64,000 nt of DNA from Selaginella moellendorffii (taxonomy: Eukaryota > Plantae > Lycopodiophyta), in assembly GCF_000143415.4 (NCBI RefSeq), contig NW_003314316.1:186001-250000 (forward strand), given 5' to 3'. The translations under genes were made by a program, and so were the position numbers. Of the stretch, positions 11,346 to 25,500 are shown in pieces. How positions within the stretch are numbered: the stretch's first letter is position 1; the number at the start of each line of letters is the position of its first letter. Under the pieces are notes generated by a model that was not told the origin of the DNA, did not search any database, and was given only the letters and a program-made list of their open reading frames with translations.

Positions 11346-12987
11346 GCAAGCAGAGCTCTTGCTCTACAAACAGGTCCACGTCCTTTGAATCCACATAAAA
11401 ATGCTGACAAAAAAAAAGAGAGGTAAATCCGAGTGTGAGCTTCGTCTCCTCCCACGATCGTCTCGCATTCGGTGTAAATCAGCTAGAGAAGAAGATCAGG
11501 TAGGAGAGTTACAAGTAACACAGCGTGAGCAATAAACTTTGGTTTTGGATTAAATTGAGTGAGATTTGATTGTTTTTGTCAGCATCATGTCTTGGGTGAT
11601 TTTATTCTGATGCAGCGCGCGCTTTGAAACATCACGCTCGAGCAAACAGCTGTAACTTACAAACCGCATCCCAAATCTGTACGCACAGATTGAGTTTCTG
11701 TTGATCTGATTGGAATAAGCCTGGCATGCTATAAGTTGGGAAGAGAGAAACTCCAAAACAAAAGACATATGCAGAGTTCTTGCTCCTGACGGATTCTAGC
11801 TTCCATTTCCCTTCCAATCATCCAAAGTGTTGTTTTTTTCTCTTGAAACCATAGCACCAAATCTGCAAGATCTCCTTCCAAATGCCCATGAAAAAAATAT
11901 TGGGCCTTTCTTGGAGGTGATGGTCGCGTTACTACGACTTCCTCCACCTTTTGTATTTTCCCGTGTCAGGCAATAGCGAAGATTTGGTTGTACTTATCCT
12001 CGTTACAACACGAGGAACCCATGATTGACAGCAACTTGCAAACTCATTGGCACACTCAGCTCATCCGCGGCCAGGCCCCGCTCCTTGTTTGGAATTTCTA
12101 AGTTTCTAGTGGAGGGAAGCGTGTGATAACGCCATGATTCATCCACAGAGAGCAAAGAAATATATATGGCCATTCTCGCCGAAGTGCTCGGTGGGGGCCT
12201 GGCTTTCTCTGGGCATGGACGAGTGAGTAGTCATCTCCAACATATAGATGGCAAAGAGGTTAGAAGAGAAAAAAGAAGCAAACAGTACCGCAAACAAGCT
12301 TTCTATGCGTTGTTTGTAACAGTAAGCAATTGACCTTTGCTCCTGAAGCTTTGAAACTGATTTGAAAGAGTCGCGTCTCGTCGCGTCATTCATTCGCTCC
12401 ACATTGCACCGGTGTCAGCTTTGTTCTTCTCTCCCTGCACAAAAAATCTGATGATTCAGAGAACAAAGTGGCTTGCTATATTATCACAGCCATCATACCC
12501 AGCCGGAAGTGAGCCTCGAATATCATCCCCTCCCAATCCTAGTGACATCCATGCTCCAGATTCACCACGCTCCAAAAGCGATAAAGCAGCAAGCCACCAC
12601 GCGACGCTTCTCCTCCTAATCCTCCTCCGCCTGCGTGACACTTCTTAGCCTTAGCATGTAGTTCAAAGCTAAGAAAGAACAAAAGAGTTTCACTTACACT
12701 CGTCACTTCGCATGCACCTGACCTGTCCATTCTAAATCTTGAAATCTTTTTATATTTACCCCATTGACCACACACACTCCCTGTGCATGAATCTCATAAG
12801 CGAGCGAGTCAATGGTATCTACACACAGTGAACGCCTCACCTGTAAACAGGAGACCGCCTTGTTGAGAAAACAAAGAAAGAAAATCGCCTAAAAAGAAAC
12901 GAGGAATGTTGCTCTTACTTTGACGCCTTTTACCGTAGAAAACGTCGACAAGTCAGATCGCTCATGACGCAGAATAAGCCGCCCCAG

Positions 12988-14768
12988 CTACAGCTGTGCC
13001 TTGTCATCGGGCGGCCTTTCATCTTTGTAGCTGAACAGGAGGGGGGCTTCCGACTTTGACAAGGCTGTCAGGATTGCGCTAGAGAGAAGACAAGGCACCA
13101 AATACAGCAGAGCGGGCTGGGCTGCACCAGAGACAGAGTTCGCCACTGCACACAAAGAAAGAGCACTTGTTTTGTAGCACAGACCAGGCCAGACCATAAC
13201 ACTTACCAACCGTGAGAGTCAGTCCAGCTACGTAAGCAATAACTGAGTTTGAAAAGTATGTCTTTTGTGGTGCTGTCGGGATTGTATTGTTCTGGAACCC
13301 GGCACACCTGGCTTGGTCGAACCGGAGCATAAGAGCTATAAGCAACCCTGGAGCAGCGATGTCACCCAGGCCCAGGATCGATTCAGGGTGTGCAACTTCC
13401 GCCTGGAATCATCTTTAACAAGAACAGATTAACGAACCGACTAGTTTTCATACCTTCCAGCTTGGAAACACGAGTTTAACAGGCCCATCAAAAGCTGACG
13501 AGGTCGCCACCTGATCCAGACTAAATTCAAGTTAAAACTCTTTTCTTGCAGAAATCTCGTTTAGAAAACGTACCGTGACCATCACATTGTCACCAAAAAT
13601 TTGAGAAGAACCAAAAACCCAAAAAACGTCATAGAACAGCAGCCCGCAAAGCATCACGGCAGCGGTACTGAAGCTGCGAGGAAACACCCCAGAGGTTCAG
13701 GAACACAGATTAAAAAATGTAGAACTGCTAGTCACCTTCCAACAGAAAGAAGTTGCAAGAGCTCGGTCACAATACATACTGCCATAAGATTGTTGAATGT
13801 GAAAGGTGCTCCGGGTTGCTTGCTGGCGTAAGCGACTCCAATTCCAGCTGCAAGAATTGTTCTAAGAACACAGCCAATAACTCGTGGAAAAAACTCATGG
13901 CCATACCAAGCAATGCAATAATGTCGGCCGCAGTGACGGTAAGGCAGACAGGTTTTCCTTTGTCCGAAGCAAGCCAAGATGGCACGTCTAGACAACAAAA
14001 GAATTATCAGCACAAAAAAATGTAAAAAAAAAACAAAACAAAATAAAGCACTTACTGATTCGGACTGGAAGTGAATCCAGACGCGGGAAGAGCAACTTGA
14101 GAGGATTGGTTAAGTTATTTGCCACGGCAAAAGCTCCAGCGCAGCTTAGATAGATCGAGATGAACGTACGTAGATCGAGCTCCGGGAAGAACCTCAAGAG
14201 GCAGTAAAAACCAAAGAGTGATATGGAGCACAACACAGGCGCGGCGAGGCCTTGCTTGAAAGAAACCTGTTGCGTTTGCTGCCTCGCTAAACTAAGAAGG
14301 AAACAATGCAATGCACCCCTTTAGAATAAAAGAGGATGAAAAGGGAGCAAAGAAATACAGACCTTCGGTGGCTTCCAACGTAGACTGTCCACAGCGACAG
14401 GGAAGTAAAATAGATCGCGGCCGACCACTCGAATCGAGGCAACAATGGCACAACTGGGACTGCAACGAGCAAAGCTCCATAGGCAGCCTACACGCAAACA
14501 AGAACGATAATCTCCTTAGAAAAAAGAACCTACAATCGGAGACACTGCTCAGTCTTACCAGCTCTTTCGTAGTCCTCCCCCATTGCCATCCCCTCAGCTC
14601 CAGCACGTCGCCATTGCCATCGCTAGTCGCCGCGCACACGAATCTCACCCCGCGTCGCTGGAATTGCCGAAGAATGTAACGCCGCTCGCGCTCCAGCCGA
14701 GCACCTCCGCTGGCTGCGACAGGGGAAGACGAGGTCGAGAAGAGCGCCAAGCTCAATGGCAACACCAT
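12988..14768 (-). CDS. Signal peptide peptidase (A22B GxGD intramembrane aspartic protease), multi-exon, transit-peptide-like N-terminus
   Basis: Spliced exons give LLFYDVFWVF (YD), DNVMVTVAT..FDGPVKLVFP, ILGLGDIAAPG (GxGD) and AQPALLYLVP (PAL). Confidence 0.9.
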
Positions 14769-15993
14769 AGCTGTTGACCTAAAATGATAACACTAAACTT
14801 TAAGTTCTGTTAATTTGCTGCTGTTTTTTTTTTTTTTAATGCAAGTTTTGGAGTGATATGGTATGTATTAGTAATAAATAAGCATAAATAATTAGAGAAA
14901 ATTTTAACTGTGTTACTAAAAAGTTATAAAATTCATGAATAAAATATCTAAAATAAATGAAGAAACATATGTTTGAAATATGCAAGGATTTTTTGTTATC
15001 ATAGCACATAAATATTTATTTAGAAAAACAGAAAATAGCAAAAAGTCACAACCAACAGATTAAGAATATCCTAAAATATGTGGATATTCTAAGTACACCA
15101 TATATATAGCTTAATATAATCCACTACTATAATCAGAAGGGGCTAGTATTTTAAGAGCAATTTTATTTTTGCACTAACTGCCACTATATTCTATAGTTCT
15201 ATAGCTAATACTCTAATTGTGTTTTTGTTAATATTGTTATTAGTCCCATATATCTTATTTTTCCATATTATAATTTACTTTTTGTTAAAATTAAGATTAC
15301 CATAATTGCAAGCCCCCAGGCTGGGTTATTTCACCTTCAGATCAAAGTTTTATGTCCATTGAATCCATAGAGTCCAATTAAAATACATATTTTGCAGCAA
15401 GACAACTTAGGTATCACTCTAAAATTCCCATTGATACACACTACTATCTGTTTTCTGAGTATCAAGATTATACTAAGCAATACTATAGCAAGCACAAAGC
15501 CTACTCCAGAAAAGGCAATTGACTTTATCATCAATATAAAATATCATTTGTTTTGTTTTGTGTGGCAAAGTTAATAACATATAACATAAAACCAAAGAAT
15601 AAGATACAACTAAACTAGGTAGGCGTTAAAATCAAGTTTTACACTCAAAGACCTTCTTTTTCTTTAATAATTGATTTGGACTAGGAGTGAATCTAGATTT
15701 ATACATGTTTTACATTAACATGTATAAATTGAAGGAAGAATCTCAAGAGGAAGTAAAAACTAGAAAGTGATATAAAAAATACTTTTAGTGGCTTTTTTTT
15801 CCTAGTAGAGAGAGAGAGCTTTGTCCTTTGTCATATATGAATTAGGTGTAATGGAAAAAAGTTAAAGATTTAGCTTTATTAATTTTAATTTATAAGAGAG
15901 AAAGTATATAATAAATAATTTGCTACTATAAGTACTGGGAATAGGTATATTAATTGGGATTTAAACCCTTACTATTAGTGTATTACCTAACAA

Positions 15994-15995
<2 letters not shown>

Positions 15996-16061
<66 letters not shown>
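15996..16061. repeat. (TA)n microsatellite, ~65 bp
   Basis: Direct observation. Confidence 0.97.
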
Positions 16062-16063
<2 letters not shown>

Positions 16064-16329
16064 GTGTGTGTGATTTTCAAGAAATGCCTTATATATTTTT
16101 TGGTTTTCAGTGGAAATAATAACAATGATAAATATAACAGTATATATGCTCTCGTGACACATTACAACATCACATACTTATAAAATATTTTGTAAAGTGG
16201 TAAAGATAAAAATGGAAACACACAAGTACTATGGGTAATATTATAAAAAGAACATGTGGAAGTATATGAAATGAAAAGTGAAATGAAAACATGTTTATTT
16301 ATTAATTTTATAAAATATATAAATTTATA

Positions 16330-17800
16330 TTATTGATAGAGAATAAACATCAATAATCTTGGCAAATCTAGTTAGCTCTGAAAGTCTTCTATAATTTAGC
16401 AATAATAAAGCTTTCTTGGTGTATATAAATGTCCACTTTAGGATTTTGGTATGAGGTGTTGATAAAGATGTAATATATATGCTTGCAAGGAGCATATACC
16501 TTCTCATGTTCTTTGTGCTTTGTAAACTCTAAATATATGTAAAAAGGAAAGTCTTGAATGACAATTGTGTACTTTCCACCTTTTATTGACTATATACTCC
16601 TTTGCAAACACAATGATGTACTTCATAAAAAGAATCTTATATTCAAGCATTTGAGCTAAACTTATTTTACTTTGCTTTTACTTAAAGATAGTACCAATAA
16701 ATTTAATGGCTTTACCTTTTCTTGCTAGCCTCTTGTGCATCTCTGTGAGAATAATTCACTCATGTCTCTAACTCTCTTCTCAAGATTAAAACCAAATTTC
16801 TCAAAGTTTTCAATTTCATTTGAGGTGAGTGCAACTCCATTAGTAATAGCCATTTTTTAGGTACTACATTAGCTAGCTTCTTCCACAGGTAGTAACTTTG
16901 CTGAGAGGTTAGCAACTAGAACTTTGACAACAACCGCAATTACTATAGTGTGGAAAGTTGCAATAGTGGTGGCTTACTAGCATTAGAACCAATTAGGCCA
17001 TCTAATTAGGCTGCCTATTGCATGCTTTAAGTCAATACCTTTGTCACATCTTCAAATTTAGTCACTATAATGTCTTCAAGATGCTTTGTTTAGTTGGCAT
17101 TGGTGTTGCAACAATACAGCCATTACCATCTCGGAAATTCTACTTGCTTTTGTTCCCCATAAAAACATGGGGCTAGAACAAAAACACACTTATCACCATA
17201 AATCTAAACTTAACATTTGCCCCTTGAAAACATCTTTACACATCTTATATTGGACTACATTTGGCATATTACCCATTACCTTGTCTCTTGCTACAGTAAA
17301 TGATTTTAACTTATTGTGATGCACTCTCTTCATCAGCCACTTGAAGTGGCTTCATCTGGAGGCAGTGTCTAGGAGTAAAATGGTACTCAATATTAAGCTT
17401 GTGAGAGCTTTTTACTCCAATGTCCATACCAACATCTTCACTAATAAAGGAAAAATGATGCTTTAAGTGGACAATCTTCATATCACCAATAAAAGCTCAA
17501 GGAGTGTACTCCATAGATGTGTTGTGGACCACTTCCTCAAGTACAATTGCCACTAATCGGGAGGGTGGAGTTAATTTTCTCTTCATCCTATCATATAACA
17601 TCTTAACATAAGGCTTTATTTTCATGTATCTTCCTTTCTCGAATGCCAATGCTTTTAAAGATTATTTTATAGTGCATATCAAATCTAATAAACACATTTA
17701 TATACAAACTTTTAAGGAGCTCAAGGAGAACATAAAAACCATGATGATTATAACTTTTCTTAGTAGTTTATATACTTGGTTTTAATCTTGGGAATAAGGT
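16330..17800 (-). mobile_element. Highly degenerate hAT-like transposase remnant (boundaries approximate)
   Basis: Minus-strand fragment WTFIYTKK...RRLSEL resembles the hAT C-terminal dimerisation motif (W..F..IHTKKRNRL...RL..L). Many stops. Confidence 0.35.
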
Positions 17801-19274
17801 TTACATTGATAATATTTAAATTCTTGAAATATCAGTCTTGGAAATGGGGCTTCATAATCATAGCTTAGTTATAAATATAAAAGCTTCTAGAATTTAAATT
17901 ATTATATATACACATGCTCTATTGTTCTAATAAAAACCTACTTTGCTATGTATATATTCATTTTTACATAGGCCAATTTTCTAAGGAAATAAATTGCAAG
18001 GAAATATAGACCATATTATAGTGGCAAAGCACACTAGCCCACTGCCATTCTCTCATATGAGTTTACCTTTCAGTCTCGAAAATGTAGATAGAGTTGATTT
18101 TTTTATGTGATATTACTTTTAAGTTTTCAATAAATTTTGATTTCTTTTATTATTATTCCCAAACAACTCTCAAAAACTCTTATTAGGGATTCACCATATA
18201 AATTACAAATGTCATGGTTCTTAGTGCTTTCTGTTGTGTTATTCATTTTTTTATTTTTCTTGTTCTAGATTGTTATTTTAGAAATAATAAGAGCATTTCT
18301 ATCAATAGTGACAATGGTCTTCACTTTCACATATGGGTAATAATGATTAGGAGTGTAATATGGAAATTGTAGTAGTGAAACAAAATTAACATTCTCACAT
18401 TCTTTTAATCTAAAGCTCTTACTCATAGATTTTTTATTTCCTTACTTCCCATATTCTCAAGAACCCTAGAAAAATCTTTTGAATGAAAGAATAGTATGTA
18501 ATTATGTTGCAGATGTAAAACTAGTCAAAATATGAAGTAGTTAAATCAAAATATAACAATTCTAATAGTTACAGTAAAATAATATAGCTTTTTAATATGT
18601 AAGCCATAAATTTTCTTTTTCAATTTCCTACCTTACTCATCTATCTGACCAACTTTTCTTTGGCATTAATTAAGTTCCCTTTCCAAGGTTCACACCTATT
18701 GTACCAGCTCCTACTTGGACATATTTAAATTCAACTACTCATTGCATGAATAACAATCTTAGCCATCCATCTATAAATTCTTAAATTTTCTCTTAATCCC
18801 CCTCTTTGAGTTAAAATAGGTTTAAGATTTAGCTACACTCTCTACAAGCACAAGAAGCTAAACATACTAACCATCTAGGTTCCTAACATTCCTTGATATA
18901 ACAAGATTTGATTATAAAACCCCCTAAATCCCAAGCCTTGGATGCATCTTTTACTTTAGAACCCTAAGGGGAAAACACCATAGCATAATGGCTCAGTATA
19001 GATACTTTTACTCCCCCACCTTCATCCCAAAGGGAAACCCAAGCTTTTTAGAAAAGAGTGAGGACTAATGAGTTGTATAGTAATCAAATGAGGCACCACT
19101 TTATATAAGTTGAGAGCACCATTGTTAGTTTCCTTTTTGGGAGTGAGAGTTACTCTTGAGCACTTCCTTGGGAGGCTCTAACATCAACTTAATTTGGAAG
19201 CATCATTAGAAAATTCTTTTAAGACTAAGTCCTTAACCTCATAATCCTTACCATACTTTTAGACCCTCTGTAAG

Positions 19275-19920
19275 TGTAACATATGTGATTATCGGATGAG
19301 ATTTAAATATACTATCACCATGAATTTTTGGAATCTTGAGGGATAAATGGGGATAAAATAACTATTAAAGGCTTTTTTATTAAATAATTGCATTTTTTTC
19401 AGTTGATTTAAAGGAGAAAGATAGGGTGCACTATATGTGGTATCAAAGCAAATGGCATAAGTTCAATTCTCATTGATTAGTGGCTATTTAAAATATAATA
19501 TACCTTTGAAAAAGATATATTCCTACCTCTAAATTTAAAATTGTATATATTGGGCATCCAAGCGTATGTCCTTCCTCTTGTGAAGCATCCACAAATGAAG
19601 GTATCCACCATGGGACTGTGCTACAAGTAATTACCTAACATGGAATAACTAGTCTAGATAATAGAAAGATTGATAGATTTAGTGTGGAAATGGAGGTGTT
19701 AGTATCCCTTAGGTCAGTAAGGGTTGTTAGTCAAGTTAATGAGGACATGATATCTCTGAGCACATATGATCATCATGGGATGAAATTTAGATATAGTGTC
19801 ATTATGAATCTTTAGAACCTTAGGGGATAAATAGGGATAAAATAGCCACTAAAGGCTCTCTCATTAAGCAATTACCCTTTTTCCAATCGGCTTAAGTGGA
19901 GAGAAATAAGGTGTGCTATA
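19275..19920 (+). mobile_element. TRIM-like mini LTR element (LTRs ~19275-19435 and ~19757-19920)
   Basis: ~160 bp diverged direct repeats; tRNA-Met-type PBS tggtatcaaagc at 19438-19449 right after the first repeat; non-coding ~320 bp interior; degenerate TSD gtaag/ataaa. Confidence 0.65.
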
Positions 19921-21937
19921 ATAAACCCCTCCCCCACCCCCTTTTGAGCTTTTGCCCCATGATTTATATTATTTGGACTTGACTTTAGACTTGGTCTCAT
20001 CTAATTAACTTTTTATCATTTCAGTTGTGATTTTAGGGATCCTTTAGCATATGACACCTCGAGGAGCTAGTTTTTTACAACTCCACCACCTATAGAAAAA
20101 ATTTATTACCCACATCAAACATATTTATTCAATTCTACAACTTATTGACAATGGCTTCGAAGGCATCCTTCAACTTAACAATATGCCTAAATTAGTGTCC
20201 TCAACTAAGAACTTATGACACTGAGATATAGATGTCTCTATACCCTTCATCTCACCTCACCCTAGTAAAATATTGGGACTTAAACCTAGTTTTGCTTTAC
20301 TAGAGGGTTAGGACTCGGATCTAACCTTCGTATAATATGTTTATGAATTCAACATCCCTTTAAAGAATTAAGTGTTGCTCCTTACGTTTGGTCAACCTAA
20401 CTAAACCCATATTAATTAGTTTATTGTTGGTGTGCCATAGGACCCAACTTGGGACATTTCTCAATTTCTCAAATAAATGTCTTAATTGAACTTTATATGA
20501 GTATATAAAGTTTTACCTCATAGAAATTACTCACTAGATCTCATGCAATCACCAAATTCTCCTTTAATTTCTATGTTTCTTCACAAAATGGAAATTTTTT
20601 CCACTTCATATGAAACTTTTTCACCTCATATCCTTGTCACATGCTTTTGTAAAAATTGAGGATGGCTTTGACTTCATATTCATTTTCCTTGGATAACCTT
20701 GGGTAAGGGTTTTACTTGGTCTTTGTGAAGTAGATCCTCAAAGTATAACTTGAGTAAATTTATATGGAACACAAGGTGTATCTTCCCCATCTCCTGGAAA
20801 AGTCGAAAGCAGTAAGCCACCTTACCAATTCAAGCCTTGATTTTATAGAGCCCCACAAATCTATTTAAAGAACTTAAAATCACTTCATTCTAGGAATACA
20901 TGCACTTTACCTTTGAATTAATTTCTAGATAATCCCACTTGGTAATATTAAATTCTTGATGTTCAACCACACTTTCTCTCTAAGTCGGAACTCTATGTAT
21001 TTAGACTTTTGGTTTGCATATTTAATTTGCTTTTGTTAAGCCCATTCTAAACAATCCTTCATCAGATTCCAAATGTTGAATTTTTTTGCCATAAATGCCT
21101 CTACTACTAGTAACTTTCCATAGTACTTGGTTACACCAAGTTTTATAAGATTTTCAATAGTTTGTCTATTGATGACTTTTTATGGACTCACCCCAATATT
21201 CAAATGTGGTGAGTTGTTGTAATATATTTCTACAAGTCTTAAATGACTTATTCAATTAGTTTTGTTTCTTAAGACATAGCATTACAAATAATCCTCCAGT
21301 TGCCTATTCATCCTTTTTGTTTGCCCATCTATCAAGAAGTGTTATCACTATCATACTTGACTCAATACTTATTACCTGTCTATAGGTGATAGGTTGTACT
21401 ATTCTAAAAGAGTTCTCTCGAACGTGTTGGTGAAAATCTTATCTCAATATAAGATTATTTCTTTTAGCCTTTCCCACACTTGAATTACTTATTCAAAGGA
21501 CAACTTCACTACACCTTTTGCATCCACTTCTATTGTGATGGGTATGAAATATGTTATTTTAAAAAACTGATCCACCACCATGAATATCACATCATACCTT
21601 TAACTTGGGGGAAGTCCTATAATGAAGTCTATTGTAAGACATTTCCATGGACAATCAAGGATTGGAAGGCTTTGCAAAGCTTTATTACCCTTAGTCATAG
21701 CCTTCACTTGTTGATATTTGCCATATCTTGCAAAAAGTCCATCATAACACTCTTCTAAGGCCACTTTTCTTAGTTTCTCTTGTGGAATATACACCTTTAT
21801 TTGCTTATAATAAATGAGTTTATTGCATTCCATATAACCAGTATTTTCTTCCTTATGTGGCTTGCCTCTTTAGTAAGTATCTTGTGCCTCTAAGTTCCTT
21901 AGGAACATTTCTTGTGTTAGACTATTATCTTCATATG

Positions 21938-22574
21938 TGTAAGCTCCAGAATTTGGACTTCTCGGAAGTTACCCAACCTAATACTATTCAAACCCAAGGA
22001 TATTCAACCCTAAGTATCCCAAATAGGGTGCATTTTTTATTCATGGGCCCTTTCCCTCTATATTTGAATTCTAGGGACTGTCTTTCGAGTTGTTCCCTTC
22101 GGTTGTTTACAATCCACCATGCTTTTTTGCAAGTTCATGCCTTCGTGAATAGAAGTTGAGAGCCGCAGCTCTCCCAAGAGCCCCACTCTTTTGACACTTA
22201 TTCACACCCTCATGAACGAAAGCTGAGAGCCACAGCTCTCTCAAAAGCCCTGCTCTCTTGACACCTTCCCCTTGGGTCAAGCCTAGTGAGAGCAAATTAG
22301 ACCTGCCAGATGTCAATCAATATGTGGTGTGATTCCCCTAGCTAGCTAACAAAGTCGGACCCGAGACCCCTCTGATACCAAATGTAAGCTCTAGAATTTA
22401 GACTTCCCGGGAGGTCACCTAACCCAGTACTATTTAAACCCAAGGATGCTTAACCTTAAATCCCAAGACCCTTAACCAATTGGAAAAGGGGGTGCACTCT
22501 TATTCATGGGCCCTTTCCCTCTATATTTGAATCCCATAAACCGTCTCTTGAGTCATTCCCTTTGGTTGCTTACA
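21938..22574 (-). mobile_element. TRIM (terminal-repeat retrotransposon in miniature) nested in the gypsy pol region
   Basis: TG...CA LTRs at 21938-22111 and 22383-22574; PBS tggtatcaga (reverse complement of 22371-22380) 2 nt from the LTR; ~270 bp non-coding interior; TSD atatg/atata. Confidence 0.85.
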
Positions 22575-25500
22575 ATATATTGTCTGCACATCATCTCAAA
22601 AAAGTTGTTGTTACACTGAATACCACCAACTTCAAGTTTTCTTTCTAACTTAGAACATTCGCCATGATATTGTTCTTCCTAGGTTTATACAAAATCTCAC
22701 AATCAAACTCAACTAAAATATTGACCTATTAACTCTATTTTCCTCAAAAGTTGGGTTGTGATAAGAAATGTTTTATTGTTATATTATTTGTGTATACTTT
22801 AAGTGCCTCCCAAGGTAGTGTCGCCACTCCTTGAGTGCCTTGACCAACATAAATAGTTTGTTTTCATGAGTAGGCCACTTTGGCTAAGCTTTGTCCAACT
22901 TCCTTAAGAAGAATGCCACTAGGTGATTATTTACTTCAAAATTATATTCAACATAAAATTTAACACATCTATTTCTACTTTACAGTTTACCAAAGTTTAT
23001 ACTCACTTCCTCAGTTTCCCTTTGATGTGGACAAATGTTGCCTCATATTTTGCTATCCATACCATTTTCTCTTTTCTTGTTTGATCTATTTAAGACAAAG
23101 CTACTCTTGAATAGTGTTTAATGAACTTCAAATAATAATTTTATAACCCCAAAAGTGCCCTTAATTTGTGTATATTTGATGGTTATTTCCATTTCTAGAT
23201 TGTTTGAACCTTTTCAGAATCCACCTTGAACACGTCTTTGCCTACTACATGCTTGAAAAACTTTACCTCTTATTGAGCAAAGTCACACTTGCTCTCTTTA
23301 ATGTACAACTTGTGTTCTTTTAGTTTCTCAAACATTTTTATTAGGTGTTCGGTATGCTTCTCTAGTGTCTTACTATAAACCAGGATATTGTCAATATAAA
23401 TGATTATGAAGTGATTTAGATAGGGTACAAAGATGTGGTTCATTAGCACTAAAAATGTTGTTAACACATTGCACAGCACAAAGGGCATCACTAAGAACTC
23501 AAAGTTTCCATATATGTCCTATAAGCTGTCTTCTCGACGTCTTCTTCAGCTACTCTGATCTAATAATATCTTGACTTTATGTCAATTCTTGAGAAGTATT
23601 TTGCCTTTCCCAACCTATTGAATTGGTCCTTAATCCTTAGTGAAAGATACTTGTTCTTCTTTACATACTTATTGAGCAATTAGTAGTTTATACATATTTT
23701 TCTTTTTCAAAAATAATACTAATCCCCATACAACAACTTGCTCAACCTAATATACCCTTTATTAACAAACTCCTCAAATTGGCATTTGAGCTTTTCAAAT
23801 TCCTTTTCATTTAACCAATAGAGGGGACAAATCATTGCTTTAGCACCCTCAACCAACTCAATCTTATGTCGAGCATGAGTAGCCCTACTAACAACTCCTC
23901 TAGCATGGTATTTCGAGATTAATTTAACACTTGTTAAATCACTAAAGGCACTTCCTTTGTTCCTATCTTTTCGTCGATTTTTATCAAAAGTAAGTACAAA
24001 AATATTGTTTTGATTCCTTTAGCAAGCTGTCTTCTTGTAAATACTAGATTCAAACAAGAGTCCTTAAACCTACTTTGCCCTATCTTTAGATTCTAAGCCT
24101 TCACCTTAAATTGTTCTCTAAGGGCATTTGCTAATACCATTAGGTTCTTACCTTATCCATGCAAAGCTATTAAAAACCAATAAAACTAATCCATCCTAAA
24201 GATTACATAAAATCCTATCATGTTCAAAACAGTGAAATATATATCCACTTTCCACATCTCTACTTTCACTCTTGCTTATTGAAGTACCTTATCGGTGCTT
24301 TGCTTACTTTAAATAAACTCTATGGCCCTTGATATTCTCAGCTACTGCACCATTAGTTCAACTTGCCAGACTGTATCTTCAACTATAAAATTTTCTTAAG
24401 CACCCATGGCAATAAAAATCTTAATAGAGCTACCTTTAAACTTCCCTCAAAGGGCTTAGATGTTGTGAGTAACTCTCTACCAAAGTTGCTTGCGAAATGA
24501 GTAACTTTGAGCTAAGAATTAGATCACATACCTCCATTTAAACTTCATCCGACTTAATAACCATATTCATCTTGGCCTTCTTTAGGTAGGGACATTTTCT
24601 AGAAAAGTGTTCAACTTCACTACAATTGAAATATATATTATTCTCACACTATTAGTGGATTTGACTTTTTTATTGGTAGGTTTGTCTCTCCTAATCTGAC
24701 TCTCCCACATGCTTACTTTCTAGCTATTGCTACCTTTTTGAAACCTCGAGAATTCATTCTTAGAGAAACTCTTTTTAAATTTTCCTTTTCCATACATCCC
24801 TCTTATTCTAGATCCCTTGCTAAATGTGGACTTGACCAAGTTGAATTTTTTTTTCCAAATTATCATTAAAATCCATCTTAATTACTACATTCAATACTTC
24901 CTTATAGTTTGTCAGATTTCAGCACATCACCTCGCCCCAAGCCTACGTCTGCAAGCTTAATATAAAATCATAAAACACATCCATATCACCCATATCCGTG
25001 ATAAAGATCCTCTTGGCTATAAATGCATTCATATATTCTTGAATGATTCCTATTTTCCTCAATCTACTCAGTTCATTCCTCATATGTAAAGTAATATTTT
25101 GGGGAACATAAATTACTTAGATCCTCACCTTTATCATTTCCTAAGTGGCCACTAGTTCTTTTGCCTCTATCATTCTCCACCAAAACTTAATATTGTTTAC
25201 TAAGATAATTTTTCGTATGGGACCTTTTCCAAATTTAGTAACCATGACATTCAAAAATAATCCTCTATATCATAAAATTAATCCTCCACCACTTTATAGT
25301 CATTCACTCCTTTAAAGACTAATAGAAGCTTTGGTTTGTACTTGGGAATTACTTAAGGGATTGACTCTATCTCAATTTATTCGACTTTGTTCAATCCTGT
25401 TTCAATGTCTGCCAAAGGGTCCATACCTTTTGTATTATTAGTAGTTGTTGTCTTTTGTTTTTTCTTCGTTTCTCATCATGCTTTAGCTTGCATATAAAGG

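Noticed and set aside
11550-12780. Short ORFs and a splice-like site between the peptide gene and SPP; a loosely miR160-like stretch near 12195-12215
   Set aside because: No coherent gene model, in-frame stops, and no convincing miRNA match or hairpin seen
10810-14768. Functional link between the peptide precursor and the neighbouring signal peptide peptidase
   Set aside because: Proximity is expected in such a compact genome; RGF-type peptides are processed by subtilases, and this SPP looks plastid-targeted
15337-15574. Hydrophobic ORF resembling a TM segment
   Set aside because: AT-rich decayed context with no recognisable domain
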